Source: Bdellovibrio sp. (GTDB taxonomy: Bacteria; Bdellovibrionota; Bdellovibrionia; Bdellovibrionales; Bdellovibrionaceae). From it: 55,437 nucleotides of DNA. The stretch spans positions 1-55,437 of the forward strand of contig JBKCUU010000005.1 of the NCBI GenBank assembly GCA_046318155.1, in the 5' to 3' direction. Positions 18,877 through 28,967 of this stretch are shown piece by piece. The stretch's first letter is position 1, and each line of letters begins with the position of its first letter. The notes below the pieces were generated by a model that made no database searches, was not told where the DNA came from, and was given only the letters and a program-made list of their open reading frames with translations. Both the position numbers and the translations under genes were made by a program.

Positions 18877-19802
18877 AACGTTACTTTGTTCATTTGCTCA
18901 CCAGCTTTAAGCACCACACGGGTCTGACGCTCGTCACGATGATTGTCCTCACTGCGAGCTTTTTTGTTTCGGGGTCCCTCATGATCGTGGGTCAAAATTT
19001 GGACCGCGTTCTGACTTTGTGGGGTGAATCCTTGCAAATGAGCGTGTACTTGAAAGAGGGCACCTCAAAAGAGCAGGCCGAAGTCATTCAGGCCAAGCTC
19101 AAATCGGACCGGCGAATTGCTAAAGCCAACTATATTAACCGAACTGAAGCCCTCGCCAACTTTCAAGAGCAAATGGCCAGTTACGCACCAGACTTGCTCA
19201 ATGATGCTCAACTCTTAAAATTTATTCCCGAGAGTCTGCAAATTCAGATCAGCCAGTCGGTGTCCTCCGCCTTGCAACTTAAAACGCTGCAAGATTTGGC
19301 GAGTGAACTGGGCACAGACCCTTTTGTTGAAAGCGTCAGCTACGGGCAAGATTGGGTCAAAACCTACTCATCTGTCGTGGGAGCGGTTTCAAAAGCCGGC
19401 GTTTGGGTCATCACGTTGATCTTGGCGGCGGCTGGATTTGTCATCTCGAACTCGGTTTCGTCGTCGATTCATCAACGCAAAAACGAAATCGAAGTGTTGG
19501 AGCTTGTCGGCGCATCCAAGTGGATGATCCGCGGACCCTACTTGTTTGAGGGCTTTTTCTTAGGCGCTCTTGCTGGCGGTTTTTCGTTGCTCGTACTGGC
19601 AGTTTCGTTTGAAGCGATCAGAAATTTTCTAGAGGTCGAACTTGCGTTCCTGCAGCTGTCTCACCATTTGCACTTTTTTGGGGTTTCGCAAAATATCTTG
19701 TTTATCTTGGGTGCAGCGAGCGTGGGACTACTCAGCTCGGCTTTTAGCTTAAGAAAACTCAACGATGGTTGGTCGGCTAGCCGAGCAGGGCAAGAGGCTT
19801 GA
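18873..19802 (+). CDS. ftsX: Cell division permease FtsX
   Basis: Four-TM layout with a large periplasmic loop, EIEVLELVGAS...IRGPYLFEG; ATGA overlap with ftsE. Confidence 0.9.
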   Translation: MKRYFVHLLTSFKHHTGLTLVTMIVLTASFFVSGSLMIVGQNLDRVLTLWGESLQMSVYLKEGTSKEQAEVIQAKLKSDRRIAKANYINRTEALANFQEQMASYAPDLLNDAQLLKFIPESLQIQISQSVSSALQLKTLQDLASELGTDPFVESVSYGQDWVKTYSSVVGAVSKAGVWVITLILAAAGFVISNSVSSSIHQRKNEIEVLELVGASKWMIRGPYLFEGFFLGALAGGFSLLVLAVSFEAIRNFLEVELAFLQLSHHLHFFGVSQNILFILGAASVGLLSSAFSLRKLNDGWSASRAGQEA

Positions 19803-20902
19803 TGCAGTTGATGGCCGCCTTTTTATTGATGACTCTCACCGCGGCCAGTTTTGCTTCTGCGGTCCCGGTGACGTCAGAAAAAGTGATGGCAGACTTTGAG
19901 AGTGCACGTCAAAAGCTGGTTGAGAGTGATGAGGAGCAGCGTGCGATCATGTCGTCAATCTTTCAGATCAACCTTAAAATGAAAAAACTAGTTTCGGACA
20001 GATCAAAGACATCACAAGAAAAGATGATGGTTGAGTCCTCCGCTCGAAAATTAGCCGAGAGAATTTTAGAGCTTGAACAAAAACTGAAGGATCAACGCAC
20101 GCTTCTTCAAGTGCGTTTGAACGCCATTTACAAGTTTGGCGGGCAGGGGCTTGCAAGGCTCTTATTTTCGTCGAGCAACTCGGCTCAACTCGAACGCAAC
20201 CTAAAAATCTTGGGACTCGTAGCAAAACACGACTTGGGTTTACTCAAAGATTACTCAAAAAACGTCAGTGATTTGGAATCAAAGCAAACTAAATTCTTGG
20301 GGCGACTAGCGGCACTAAAAAAGATTCAGCGTGAGCTCGCCGGTCAAGAGGAAAAAATCACGTCAGAGTCTGTCGCCAAAGCACAGATCCTCGAATCAAT
20401 CCGAAAAACGAAGACCAAAGCCCTTTCAAAGATTCGAAAATTGCGTGAAAAATCAATTGCCGTGCAATCGGATATGGATGAAGAACTTTTGGATTTACTT
20501 CTGCGCCCCTCGTTCTTTGAACGCAAAGGCCAATTGGTCCCTCCAGTTAACGGTGTGGTCGTTCGTAAATTTGGTATCTGGAAAGACAAGGAGTTCAACG
20601 TCAGTATGAGCCATAAGGGTCTCTTGTATGATGTGAGCGGCCAAAACACGGTGCATGCCGTGTTTCCAGGAAAAGTCTCTTTCTCCGGGGACGTCGCAGG
20701 CCTTGGCGAAACGTTAATCGTTGATCATGGTGATCATTACTACAGTGTGTACAGCGGTGATCTTGAGCCTCAAATCAGTGAGGGATTTGAGGTCGGTGAA
20801 GGACAGCTCATCGCCAACGCAAAAAGCCAATTGTACTTTGAAATTCGGCACTTTTCGGAACCTTACGATCCCCTGCAATGGGTGAAAGGACGGCAACAAT
20901 GA
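19799..20902 (+). CDS. envC: Murein hydrolase activator EnvC family (coiled coil plus degenerate M23)
   Basis: Signal peptide, long coiled coil and an M23-like C-terminus (IVDHG, LYFEIR) lacking the Zn ligands; follows ftsEX. Confidence 0.8.
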   Translation: MMQLMAAFLLMTLTAASFASAVPVTSEKVMADFESARQKLVESDEEQRAIMSSIFQINLKMKKLVSDRSKTSQEKMMVESSARKLAERILELEQKLKDQRTLLQVRLNAIYKFGGQGLARLLFSSSNSAQLERNLKILGLVAKHDLGLLKDYSKNVSDLESKQTKFLGRLAALKKIQRELAGQEEKITSESVAKAQILESIRKTKTKALSKIRKLREKSIAVQSDMDEELLDLLLRPSFFERKGQLVPPVNGVVVRKFGIWKDKEFNVSMSHKGLLYDVSGQNTVHAVFPGKVSFSGDVAGLGETLIVDHGDHYYSVYSGDLEPQISEGFEVGEGQLIANAKSQLYFEIRHFSEPYDPLQWVKGRQQ

Positions 20903-22260
20903 AAAACAGATGGATCCTGTGGGGAGTCTCGCTCGCCATGGCCTTTACGATTGGCGCGCTAGCTCCCGCCGTCCGCTTCGCTTTCACCACGGCATCTGCA
21001 GAAGATCGTTATGGCGATTTACAAAACTTCACCAAGGTCCTCAACTTGGTTCAGCAATACTACGTCGATGCTGTTGACAGCAAAAAGCTCGTGTACGGCG
21101 CGATCAAGGGGATGTTACGCGAGCTTGATCCTCACACCAACTTTTTATCACCCGAAGTCTTTAAAGATTTTGAGACCGAGACTAGTGGTGAGTTTGGCGG
21201 GATCGGGATCGAGATCTCGGTTCAAAATAGCGTCTTAACGATTATTTCGCCGATCGAAGACACGCCGGCTTGGGACGCGGGAATTAAACCTGGTGATCGT
21301 GTCATCGCCATCGATGGCAAAAGTACAAAAGGCTTAAGCCTTGTTGAGGCGTCACAATTGATGAAGGGTCGCCGCGGAAGCAAAATCGTGCTGACGATTG
21401 TCCGAGACGGCGAAGATGACCCGCGTGATATTGCAATTGTGCGAGGAAGCGTTAAAATCCGGTCGGTCAAATCAACTGATCTTGATGACGGTTTTATGTA
21501 CGTCAAAATCACAAGCTTTATCGAGAATACGGGCCGCGATCTTGAAAAAGCCTTGGTCGAAGCTCAGAAAAAACATGGGACACTCAAGGGCGTGGTTCTT
21601 GATTTGCGCCGAAATCCTGGTGGCCTCTTAGATCAGGCTGTTAAGGTGAGCAATCTTTTCTTAAAACAAGGCGACACCATCGTTTCGACAATTGGCCGCG
21701 ATCCCAAGAACAAAGAAACGCTTTTTGCGACCAAGCCGGCGAGGTTTGATGGTACGCCTGTGATCGTTTTGATGAACGAATACTCGGCTAGCGCGAGCGA
21801 AATTGTGGCCGGTGCTCTTCAAGACAATAAGCGCGCCATCGTGATGGGCGAGAAGAGCTTTGGCAAGGGGTCGGTCCAATCGGTCATTAAGCTTGGTGAT
21901 GGATCAGGACTCAAGCTGACAGTTGCCCGGTACTATACTCCCAGCGGAAAATCGATTCAAGCCGAGGGAATTACCCCGGATCTCGCGGTTGAAGAAGTCG
22001 ATGTTGAGGCCTTTCAAAAGTCGATCGTTAAAAACAAAGGCCAGCGTGAAAAAGACATCGCCGGTCATTTGCTGAGTGAGAAAGAAAAAGAAGCAGCGAA
22101 GAAAGCCAACCCCAACGTCAAGGTTGAGGCTTGGTGGAAAGATGCTGCGAGCAAAAAAGACGAGAACCGCACCCCTAAAGAAAAACTGCTGGGTCAGGAC
22201 TACCAAGTCTACCAAGCAGTTAATTACCTCAAGGCGTGGAAGCTGATGAAGGGGATGTGA
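20899..22260 (+). CDS. ctpA: Carboxyl-terminal processing protease, S41 family
   Basis: LDPH, GIGI PDZ, LDLRRNPGG, SASASEI and GKGSVQ. ATG 20899 overlaps the envC stop. Confidence 0.93.
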   Translation: MKNRWILWGVSLAMAFTIGALAPAVRFAFTTASAEDRYGDLQNFTKVLNLVQQYYVDAVDSKKLVYGAIKGMLRELDPHTNFLSPEVFKDFETETSGEFGGIGIEISVQNSVLTIISPIEDTPAWDAGIKPGDRVIAIDGKSTKGLSLVEASQLMKGRRGSKIVLTIVRDGEDDPRDIAIVRGSVKIRSVKSTDLDDGFMYVKITSFIENTGRDLEKALVEAQKKHGTLKGVVLDLRRNPGGLLDQAVKVSNLFLKQGDTIVSTIGRDPKNKETLFATKPARFDGTPVIVLMNEYSASASEIVAGALQDNKRAIVMGEKSFGKGSVQSVIKLGDGSGLKLTVARYYTPSGKSIQAEGITPDLAVEEVDVEAFQKSIVKNKGQREKDIAGHLLSEKEKEAAKKANPNVKVEAWWKDAASKKDENRTPKEKLLGQDYQVYQAVNYLKAWKLMKGM

Positions 22261-22295
22261 TCCCCAAAAACCAGCTTTATCAAGGCCTGAGGGTC

Positions 22296-23609
22296 TTAAA
22301 GCCCCGAGTCTTTGAGTTCTGAGGGGTGAACTTCTTTAAGCTTCGCAGATTTGAGCAAGAACGCGATCACCTTCTCTTCGGTAATCATGTACGTCAAACG
22401 CTGAGCTTGCTCGGGCTTTGAGTAAAACTCTTTGATGCGTTCCATGTCGATGCCTGTTTGCTTAACGTATTCGTCGAGTTTTGCGTCGAACTCTGCTTGC
22501 GTCCAGCGAAGATCATGTTTTTTGGCGACGGCATCAACCAAGAAACCGGATTGAATCATTTCTCCAGCCGTTGTTTGAAAATCGACGTCCCATTTTTTGG
22601 CGTAATCCGCAAAGCCCGCTTCGTCCATTCCTTGCTCTGTCATGCGCTTGCGCATGTCATCGATGAGCGCCTTTTTTTGGTCGTTCATCATCGTCGGGGG
22701 AACGTCAACAGGATTGTTGCGAACCAGTTCTTTGAGTAAACGATTTTTAAGATCGTTGTCGATTCGTTTTTTTTCGTTTTGCTCAAGGTCTTCGCGGATG
22801 GTCGCTTTGAGTTTATCCAGCGATTCGAATGCACCCAGTGATTTAACAAATTCATCATTGAGCTGGGGCAAATCTTTTTTCTTGAGTTTGTGGAGCGTCA
22901 CTTTGAACTCAACGGGTTTTCCGGCCAGGTCAGCCGAATGGTAGGGATCTGGAAACTTAAGACTGATTGTCTTTTGATCGCCAACCTTCATTCCGACGAC
23001 ACCTTGTTCAAAGCCTTCGATGAACTGGTTGCCGCCGAGTTCAAGGTTGTGATCTTTGCCGGCGCCGCCCTCAAGAGGTTTACCATCAACAAAGCCTTCA
23101 AAATCAATCACGGCGACATCGCTCAAGGTCGCGGGTCGAACTTCAAGAACATCGACCAGCTGTGCGCGAGCCGTGCGGATGTTTTCAAGGACGTCATTGA
23201 TTTTTTGATCATCGACAACAAATTTTTCAGCGTGAACTTCGAGACCTTCGTATTTTTTTAGGGCGATTTCGGGACGAACTTCAAAGTTGGCCGAGAAAGT
23301 GAAGTCATTGGTGTCTGAGGGGACATCAAATTCAAATTCGGGGTAGGTGATCGGATCAAGCTTGTGTTCTTGAAGAGCGTCGAAGTAATGCTTTTGGATC
23401 AACTCTTGCGCGACATCGTTTTTTACTTGCTCGCCGTACATGCTTTTGATGGTCGCGATGGGGGCCTTGCCTTGGCGGAAGCCCTTGATCGCGGCTTGGC
23501 GCTGAATCCCTTTAAATACTTTGTCAAAAGCCCCGGCGACAGCGGTCGCAGGAACTTCGATATTCAAACGACGTTGCAAATTGCTTACTTTTTCGACGGT
23601 CGACTTCAT
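22296..23609 (-). CDS. tig: Trigger factor
   Basis: GFRQGKAP ribosome-binding motif and FKBP domain (IDFEG, FIEGFE). Start ATG 23609 with AGGAG RBS. Confidence 0.95.
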   Translation of the reverse strand: MKSTVEKVSNLQRRLNIEVPATAVAGAFDKVFKGIQRQAAIKGFRQGKAPIATIKSMYGEQVKNDVAQELIQKHYFDALQEHKLDPITYPEFEFDVPSDTNDFTFSANFEVRPEIALKKYEGLEVHAEKFVVDDQKINDVLENIRTARAQLVDVLEVRPATLSDVAVIDFEGFVDGKPLEGGAGKDHNLELGGNQFIEGFEQGVVGMKVGDQKTISLKFPDPYHSADLAGKPVEFKVTLHKLKKKDLPQLNDEFVKSLGAFESLDKLKATIREDLEQNEKKRIDNDLKNRLLKELVRNNPVDVPPTMMNDQKKALIDDMRKRMTEQGMDEAGFADYAKKWDVDFQTTAGEMIQSGFLVDAVAKKHDLRWTQAEFDAKLDEYVKQTGIDMERIKEFYSKPEQAQRLTYMITEEKVIAFLLKSAKLKEVHPSELKDSGL

Positions 23610-23706
23610 AACGCTCCTTAGCTCGCATCCAAGCTTTTCATAAAAAACAGGCAGGTAGGAAAGACGCGGGATCTTAGGAAATTTGCTCTCTTGAGGCAAG
23701 CTCTTA

Positions 23707-24600
23707 ATGCGCGGCGAAATGCACCTCATTTTAACCCCTGAGACACTGTTGGGCGTGAAGATTCATCTGGTAACCGGAAAAGGTGGGGTCGGAAAGTCAG
23801 CCGTCGCGGCAGGTCTGGCCTATCACTATGCTCAAGAAGGCAAAAAAACGCTTCTTGCCGAACTTGGCGACGAGAGTTTTTACGAGGATTATCTCGGACT
23901 TTCCTCTCTCAACGAGGGTCAGACCGTCCGCTCTCAGCTTGGTTTTGATGTTGCCCTCTGGTCCGGCACCAGCTGCCTTCGCGAATATGCTCTGCACCTT
24001 TTGAAAGTGCAGAGCCTGTACAAACTTTTTTTTGAAAATCCCGTGTCGCGTACTCTCATCCAGGTCGCTCCCGCACTTCCTGAGCTGGCCATCATGGGTA
24101 AGGTCACCAGTGGGCCTCCTCGGAATGTGGGCCCAAAGCTTGATTATGACTGTCTCGTTGTTGATGCCTTTGCCACCGGTCACTTTTTGGCTTTACTTCG
24201 AGCGCCGCTGGGGATGATTGAGGCCGTCCGAGTGGGCCCGATGGCCGAACAATCAAAAGGCATTCTTAAAATTCTGAAAGACCCTCATATTACCCACTAC
24301 CACTTGGTCTGCTTGCCCGAGGAGTTGCCCGTGCAAGAGAGCATGGAGCTTGATCGCGATATTCAATCTTTGGTTGGAATTAAACCTCAGCTTTGGCTGA
24401 ATAAGTTTATCGACTACCCACCCTCTTTGAGCGCGGATGGACCTGCCTATGAGCGTGATTTTTTACTCAAGCAGCAACGCCAAATCGCAATCGAAAAATT
24501 AATTGAAGCACAGTTTGCAGGACGCTGGCAGAGGCTGCCGTTTGTTTTCGAGCCTGACGAGAATAAAATCGTCGCTGACTTGGCCAAGGGACTTTCGTGA
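23707..24600 (+). CDS. ArsA/Get3-like ATPase, subunit A
   Basis: GKGGVGKS deviant Walker A, DAFATGH switch II and LPEELPVQE. Confidence 0.85.
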   Translation: MRGEMHLILTPETLLGVKIHLVTGKGGVGKSAVAAGLAYHYAQEGKKTLLAELGDESFYEDYLGLSSLNEGQTVRSQLGFDVALWSGTSCLREYALHLLKVQSLYKLFFENPVSRTLIQVAPALPELAIMGKVTSGPPRNVGPKLDYDCLVVDAFATGHFLALLRAPLGMIEAVRVGPMAEQSKGILKILKDPHITHYHLVCLPEELPVQESMELDRDIQSLVGIKPQLWLNKFIDYPPSLSADGPAYERDFLLKQQRQIAIEKLIEAQFAGRWQRLPFVFEPDENKIVADLAKGLS

Positions 24601-25661
24601 TGAAGCTTCTCCCGAAAAACGCCAAAGTCATTGTTTGCGTGGGGACCGGCGGCGTGGGTAAAACCACGGTGGCCGCAGCTCTTGGCGCGGCCGCAGCTGA
24701 AGAAGGCCGACGCGTTTTAGTTTTGACAATTGATCCGTCGCAACGACTTAAAACGACTCTGGACTTAGCCGATACCGGTGAGACCAGCGAACTCAAGCAC
24801 CCACGCATTAAAGGATGTTTGAGCGCCGCCGTTGTAAACTCGAAAAAAACCTTTGATGACTTTGTTTTGCGCTCAGCCAGTAGCAACGAGATCGCACAAA
24901 CGATTCTAAAAAATAAACTCTACGTTCAGCTCTCAACAACCTTGAGCGGTTCGCAAGAGTTTACGGCGCTTGAGCGTCTCTATGAAGCTGTCGAATCAGG
25001 AAAGTACGATCTGGTTATTTTGGATACGCCGCCGGCCAAACATGCCATGGATTTTTTAAGAGCGCCGCAGAAACTGGGCGCGCTCTTTCAAGACAAAATT
25101 ACGCGCTGGTTTCGTGATCCCAAAGATGGTGACAAATCATTTTTAGTCGGCCTTTTTCAAATTGGGACTAAGCAGGTCATTAAAGCACTCGAGGTCTTAA
25201 CCGGATCTGAATTTATTAAGGAGCTTTCTGATTTTTTTAGTCACATTCATGCGTGGCAAGGTCAACTCGAAGAGCGCACCAATGACGTTCATCGCTTGCT
25301 TGTTGATCCAAAAACTCAGTTTGTTTTGGTCTGCTCACACGACAGATCCAAGCTGCTTGAAGCCTACAAGTTCGCCAAAGAGATTCGTAAGAGCGGATAT
25401 CATCTCTTGGGGCTTATTCTGAACCGCGCCTACCCCGAGTGGCTCGCCGATTCAAAGCGCCAAGATTTCTTGAAGAATCCGGCGGGCGCTTGGGCGCAGC
25501 GCTGGGCGACTTACTTTGAAGAAAGACGAAAAAATTCCTCGATCTTGAGTGAGCTACAAAATCAGAACGTGCAGATTTCTGAACTTCCTGAGATGAAAGA
25601 AGACATCCGTTCGCTCGATGGTGTGTTTCAAATCGTGGATCGTCTGAAGGAGCAAAAGTGA
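24597..25661 (+). CDS. ArsA/Get3-like ATPase, subunit B
   Basis: GTGGVGKTT, TIDPS switch I, LSGSQEF and ILDTPP...ALDFL-type motif; GTGA overlap with subunit A. Confidence 0.87.
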   Translation: MMKLLPKNAKVIVCVGTGGVGKTTVAAALGAAAAEEGRRVLVLTIDPSQRLKTTLDLADTGETSELKHPRIKGCLSAAVVNSKKTFDDFVLRSASSNEIAQTILKNKLYVQLSTTLSGSQEFTALERLYEAVESGKYDLVILDTPPAKHAMDFLRAPQKLGALFQDKITRWFRDPKDGDKSFLVGLFQIGTKQVIKALEVLTGSEFIKELSDFFSHIHAWQGQLEERTNDVHRLLVDPKTQFVLVCSHDRSKLLEAYKFAKEIRKSGYHLLGLILNRAYPEWLADSKRQDFLKNPAGAWAQRWATYFEERRKNSSILSELQNQNVQISELPEMKEDIRSLDGVFQIVDRLKEQK

Positions 25662-26863
25662 AGTGGTTGATCTGTTGGGCTGTATTTTTTGGACTGGGCT
25701 GCGAATCCATGTCCAAAAAAACGAGCGGTCTTGAGCCGACGCCAGAGCAAAAGGCCATTTACCGAGCAGAGCTCGACAAGGCTTGGGCTTCTGTTGCGCA
25801 AAACGAATCCGAAGTCGCGTTTAAAATGTTTGGTGATTTTCAAAAGACTTATCCCAATTCGATTTTTGAAGCCGAAGCGAAGTTTGGCGAGGCTCGTGCC
25901 CTCGAGCAAATGGAGGAGTGGGCTCTTGCTTCAAAAATTTACCGAACGCTCTCGACCCAGCGGCTGGCCACTCAGCCTCAGATTGCGGCACTTGCGATGT
26001 ATGAGAATTCGAAGGCGGCCGAGGCTCTAGGCAATGAATCCGAGATGATGGCCTCTTTGATGGACGCGCAAAATCAAGCGCAGCATCTTCCTGAAGAAAT
26101 ACGGATAGCCGCTTTGCCCGCGCGTCGGGGCATGGCCGAACTTAAAATAGGTGATCTTGAGGCTGCCAGAAAGTCGTTGGCCCTGGCCGATCAGGGACTC
26201 AATCTTTTAAAGCAGCGCGGAGTTCCGGCGCAAACTTGGGCCAAGATCTATTACGAGATGGGATCGGTTTCGACCAATCAGTTGGCGCCCGAAAATTTTC
26301 AAGCCCACCTTGACAGCTTTCGAGAAGGCCAGATTTTTTTGCTCAAAGCGATTGAGGCAGGAGTGTCGCCTTGGTCCGACCGTGCGCTGGCAGCTTTACA
26401 AAGACACTACCAAGATTTTTGGAACTTAAGCATGAACCCACCTGTCAGTCGTGGTCTTGATCAGGGCGCCCAAGACCGATTAAGAGCCGAGCTGCAAGAG
26501 CGTTGGTTGGGACAAGTCAGTCAACTGCTGGTCAAGCTGAAACAAAATCAACGTCCCGCCGCTTCAGGCTTGAGTGCTCAAGAAAAAAAACTCAATGAAT
26601 TTGTCATCACAGTAGAAACCGAAACGCAAGCACGTTTGAGCAATTTAACCCCTCTTTTGCCCCTCACCCCCGAAGCGCAAAAACGAAATAAGCTCAAGAT
26701 CAAGGGGACCATTCGGTCTGCACCTTTTTTTCCCGCCGAGCAGCTTCCCCCCAAGGCAAAGCCAGCGGCAACGCCCACGCCCACGCCCACGCCCACGCCC
26801 ACGCCCACTCAAAGCCCAATCGCTCATCCCGATCCAAATTTGAAGCCGCCGGAGTCGCCGTGA
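25658..26863 (+). CDS. TPR-containing lipoprotein with C-terminal Pro-Thr repeat
   Basis: Lipobox-like GLGC, BamD/CpoB-like YPNS...EAKF segment, helical repeats and a (TP)n tail. Confidence 0.75.
   Translation: MKWLICWAVFFGLGCESMSKKTSGLEPTPEQKAIYRAELDKAWASVAQNESEVAFKMFGDFQKTYPNSIFEAEAKFGEARALEQMEEWALASKIYRTLSTQRLATQPQIAALAMYENSKAAEALGNESEMMASLMDAQNQAQHLPEEIRIAALPARRGMAELKIGDLEAARKSLALADQGLNLLKQRGVPAQTWAKIYYEMGSVSTNQLAPENFQAHLDSFREGQIFLLKAIEAGVSPWSDRALAALQRHYQDFWNLSMNPPVSRGLDQGAQDRLRAELQERWLGQVSQLLVKLKQNQRPAASGLSAQEKKLNEFVITVETETQARLSNLTPLLPLTPEAQKRNKLKIKGTIRSAPFFPAEQLPPKAKPAATPTPTPTPTPTPTQSPIAHPDPNLKPPESP
26771..26806 (+). repeat. Perfect hexamer tandem repeat (ACGCCC)x6 encoding Thr-Pro
   Basis: Six identical acgccc units read directly from the sequence. 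Confidence 0.9.
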
Positions 26864-28107
26864 TCAAAGACAAACTTCACGAAAATTACTGTCAAAAAGA
26901 AAAAGACCTGCAAGCTTGGTATTGCCAGAAGACGACTTCTTTAAGCCACCCAATTTATTCAAGCTACGACATCCGCGATTCTGGATTTAAGGTCTCCAAC
27001 GTCGACGCCAATGTTTACCCGGCAGGATTTAACAATATCTGCCCGGTGGATAAAGAAAGCTCGGGCGAGCTTTTTGGCAGCTACATCAAAGATCACTACG
27101 GCAGTTCGGTAAAAAAAATCATGCTGGTTACTGAAGAGCACACCAGCAATCCCTTCTACTGGGAGAACGTGCTTTCAATTCAGCGGCTGCTCGAGGCTGC
27201 AGGCCAAAAGGTGATCGTTTCGTTTCCAAAGAATTTAACTGAACCGATCATCGTTAAAAGTGCGACCGGCAACGAAGTCCAGATCGTCTCGGGATACGAG
27301 AGCTCAGGCGCGATTCGTGAATTTAAACCCGACTTGATCATCTCAAATAATGATTTCTCGGATCCTAATTTAGATTGGGCCGCGCAGCTGACGTTACCGA
27401 TGAATCCCCCTCGAGAGCTGGGTTGGTATCAGCGAAAAAAATCCCGCTACTTTAAATTTTACAATGAGCTCGTGACAGAGTTTGCCAGTATCATTGGGAT
27501 CGACCCCTTTTTGCTGAACGTCGAAACCGAGGTTTTTGAGCACTTTGACATGACTGACGAAGCCTCGCTCAAAACGTTGTCAGAAAAAGTGGATGCCATG
27601 CTTGTGCGCTTGCAAAAACAGTATGACCAACGCGGAATCACCGAGAAGCCATTCGTCTTTGTTAAGAACAACGCAGGGACTTACGGCTTAGCCGTGATCC
27701 GAGTTGGTGCAGGTCGTGAAGTCATGGACTGGAATTACAAATCGCGAAAAAAAATGAAGGCCGCCAAGGGAGGCCGCGAAGTTGAAGAGGTGATCATTCA
27801 AGAAGGCATTTCCTCGCACGTCCAGGCAGAAGGCATTACCGCAGAGCCCGTGATTTACATGATCGGAACCGAACTTGCGGGCGGATTTTTAAGAACGCAC
27901 GCCGAAAAATCTTCGAGCGAGTCTCTCAATTCGCCGGGCGCTGTATATAAACGCCTGTGTGTTTCAGATTTAAACGTGAGCCTCAAAGGTCATCCGCTTG
28001 AAAATGTCTATGGTTGGTCGGCCCGGTTGGGCGTCCTCGCGATTGGTCTAGAGGCCAAAGAGATGGGAGTTTCATTTAAAGGCTATCAACCCGCGCCCTG
28101 CGTGTAG
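26860..28107 (+). CDS. gshA: Glutamate--cysteine ligase (ATP-grasp-like GshA type)
   Basis: PIYSSYDIRDSGFK, DANVYPAGFNN, NNDFS, VKNNAGTYG, IIQEG, AEPVIY and SLNSPGA. Confidence 0.88.
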   Translation: MIKDKLHENYCQKEKDLQAWYCQKTTSLSHPIYSSYDIRDSGFKVSNVDANVYPAGFNNICPVDKESSGELFGSYIKDHYGSSVKKIMLVTEEHTSNPFYWENVLSIQRLLEAAGQKVIVSFPKNLTEPIIVKSATGNEVQIVSGYESSGAIREFKPDLIISNNDFSDPNLDWAAQLTLPMNPPRELGWYQRKKSRYFKFYNELVTEFASIIGIDPFLLNVETEVFEHFDMTDEASLKTLSEKVDAMLVRLQKQYDQRGITEKPFVFVKNNAGTYGLAVIRVGAGREVMDWNYKSRKKMKAAKGGREVEEVIIQEGISSHVQAEGITAEPVIYMIGTELAGGFLRTHAEKSSSESLNSPGAVYKRLCVSDLNVSLKGHPLENVYGWSARLGVLAIGLEAKEMGVSFKGYQPAPCV

Positions 28108-28206
28108 ACCCTCAGGAAGCTCGACCTCGGCCCAGGACCCTGGCGTCTTTTTCTGCAAGATCTGAACGTGTCGGTTATTCTGTAACAGGACAAGTGATGA
28201 CCAAGG

Positions 28207-28887
28207 ATGGTTAAATTGATGTCGAAGTTGATGTTTAAATACGGACGAATCTTTGCGTTTTTTCTCTTTTTTTTGGGGGCTGGCTGGTGGATGAGTTGGT
28301 CTTCGAAAGATGTTCCAGACATGTACGTCGACACAAACTTTTCGGGATCCCGGGACCCCGCCGCCATTCGAAAATCTTACGATTTTTCGGAACTCGATGG
28401 TTTCGCCCTAAGCCAAGCGACAAAGCAGCGGTTGATTGCGGGTGCCAAGATCCTTAAAGAGAACGCCTCGGTGGGTGTTGAGCTCGGGCACTTTGTGGTC
28501 AGAGGAGAAGCGGGCGATAAGGCCTTTGCGTGCAACAAGTACACTCAAGTTGTTTTGCAGTTCGAAGGTGACGGGATGGCGGTCGCGGGTCAAAAACCCG
28601 TGATGGAAGTTGAAGGCGCCTGTGAAATCTCGGCCGATATCAATCGCATTTCACCCTTGTGGATTCCAGTGGCAAAAATTTTGGGAGAGCCGGTTGCTGA
28701 AGGTGAATTTGATTTTCGTGAGGGCCGGCCCATTAAAGTTAAATTTAGGAACGTCTCAGATCAGTGGCCCGTCGCCTGGGTCCTCAAAGGTGTCAAGCTG
28801 CAAGCTGACGGCGGCGATGCGCTGACGATCGAAGGGACAGAGCTTCGGCACTACATTCCTAAGCCGATGATCGTCGAATTTCAATAA
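28207..28887 (+). CDS. Hypothetical membrane-anchored periplasmic protein
   Basis: 226-aa ORF with an N-terminal TM helix, a beta-rich domain and two Cys. Confidence 0.75.
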   Translation: MVKLMSKLMFKYGRIFAFFLFFLGAGWWMSWSSKDVPDMYVDTNFSGSRDPAAIRKSYDFSELDGFALSQATKQRLIAGAKILKENASVGVELGHFVVRGEAGDKAFACNKYTQVVLQFEGDGMAVAGQKPVMEVEGACEISADINRISPLWIPVAKILGEPVAEGEFDFREGRPIKVKFRNVSDQWPVAWVLKGVKLQADGGDALTIEGTELRHYIPKPMIVEFQ

Positions 28888-28909
28888 GCGCATAAAGTTG
28901 CTAGGCTTT

Positions 28910-28943
28910 AAAAAACCGGGAGGACAGACCCACCCGGTTTTTT
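28910..28943. terminator. Bidirectional intrinsic terminator
   Basis: aaaaaaccggg...cccggtttttt between convergent genes. Confidence 0.8.
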
Positions 28944-28967
28944 ATTGCGAAGCTTATTTTTTGAGAA

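Noticed and set aside
19799..20902. Loss of zinc ligands in the M23 domain as a novelty
   Set aside because: This is expected for EnvC-family amidase activators.
23707..25661. Arsenic resistance operon
   Set aside because: No arsB, acr3, arsC, arsR or arsD, and no evident metalloid-binding Cys motifs; the pair fits Get3-like ATPases better.
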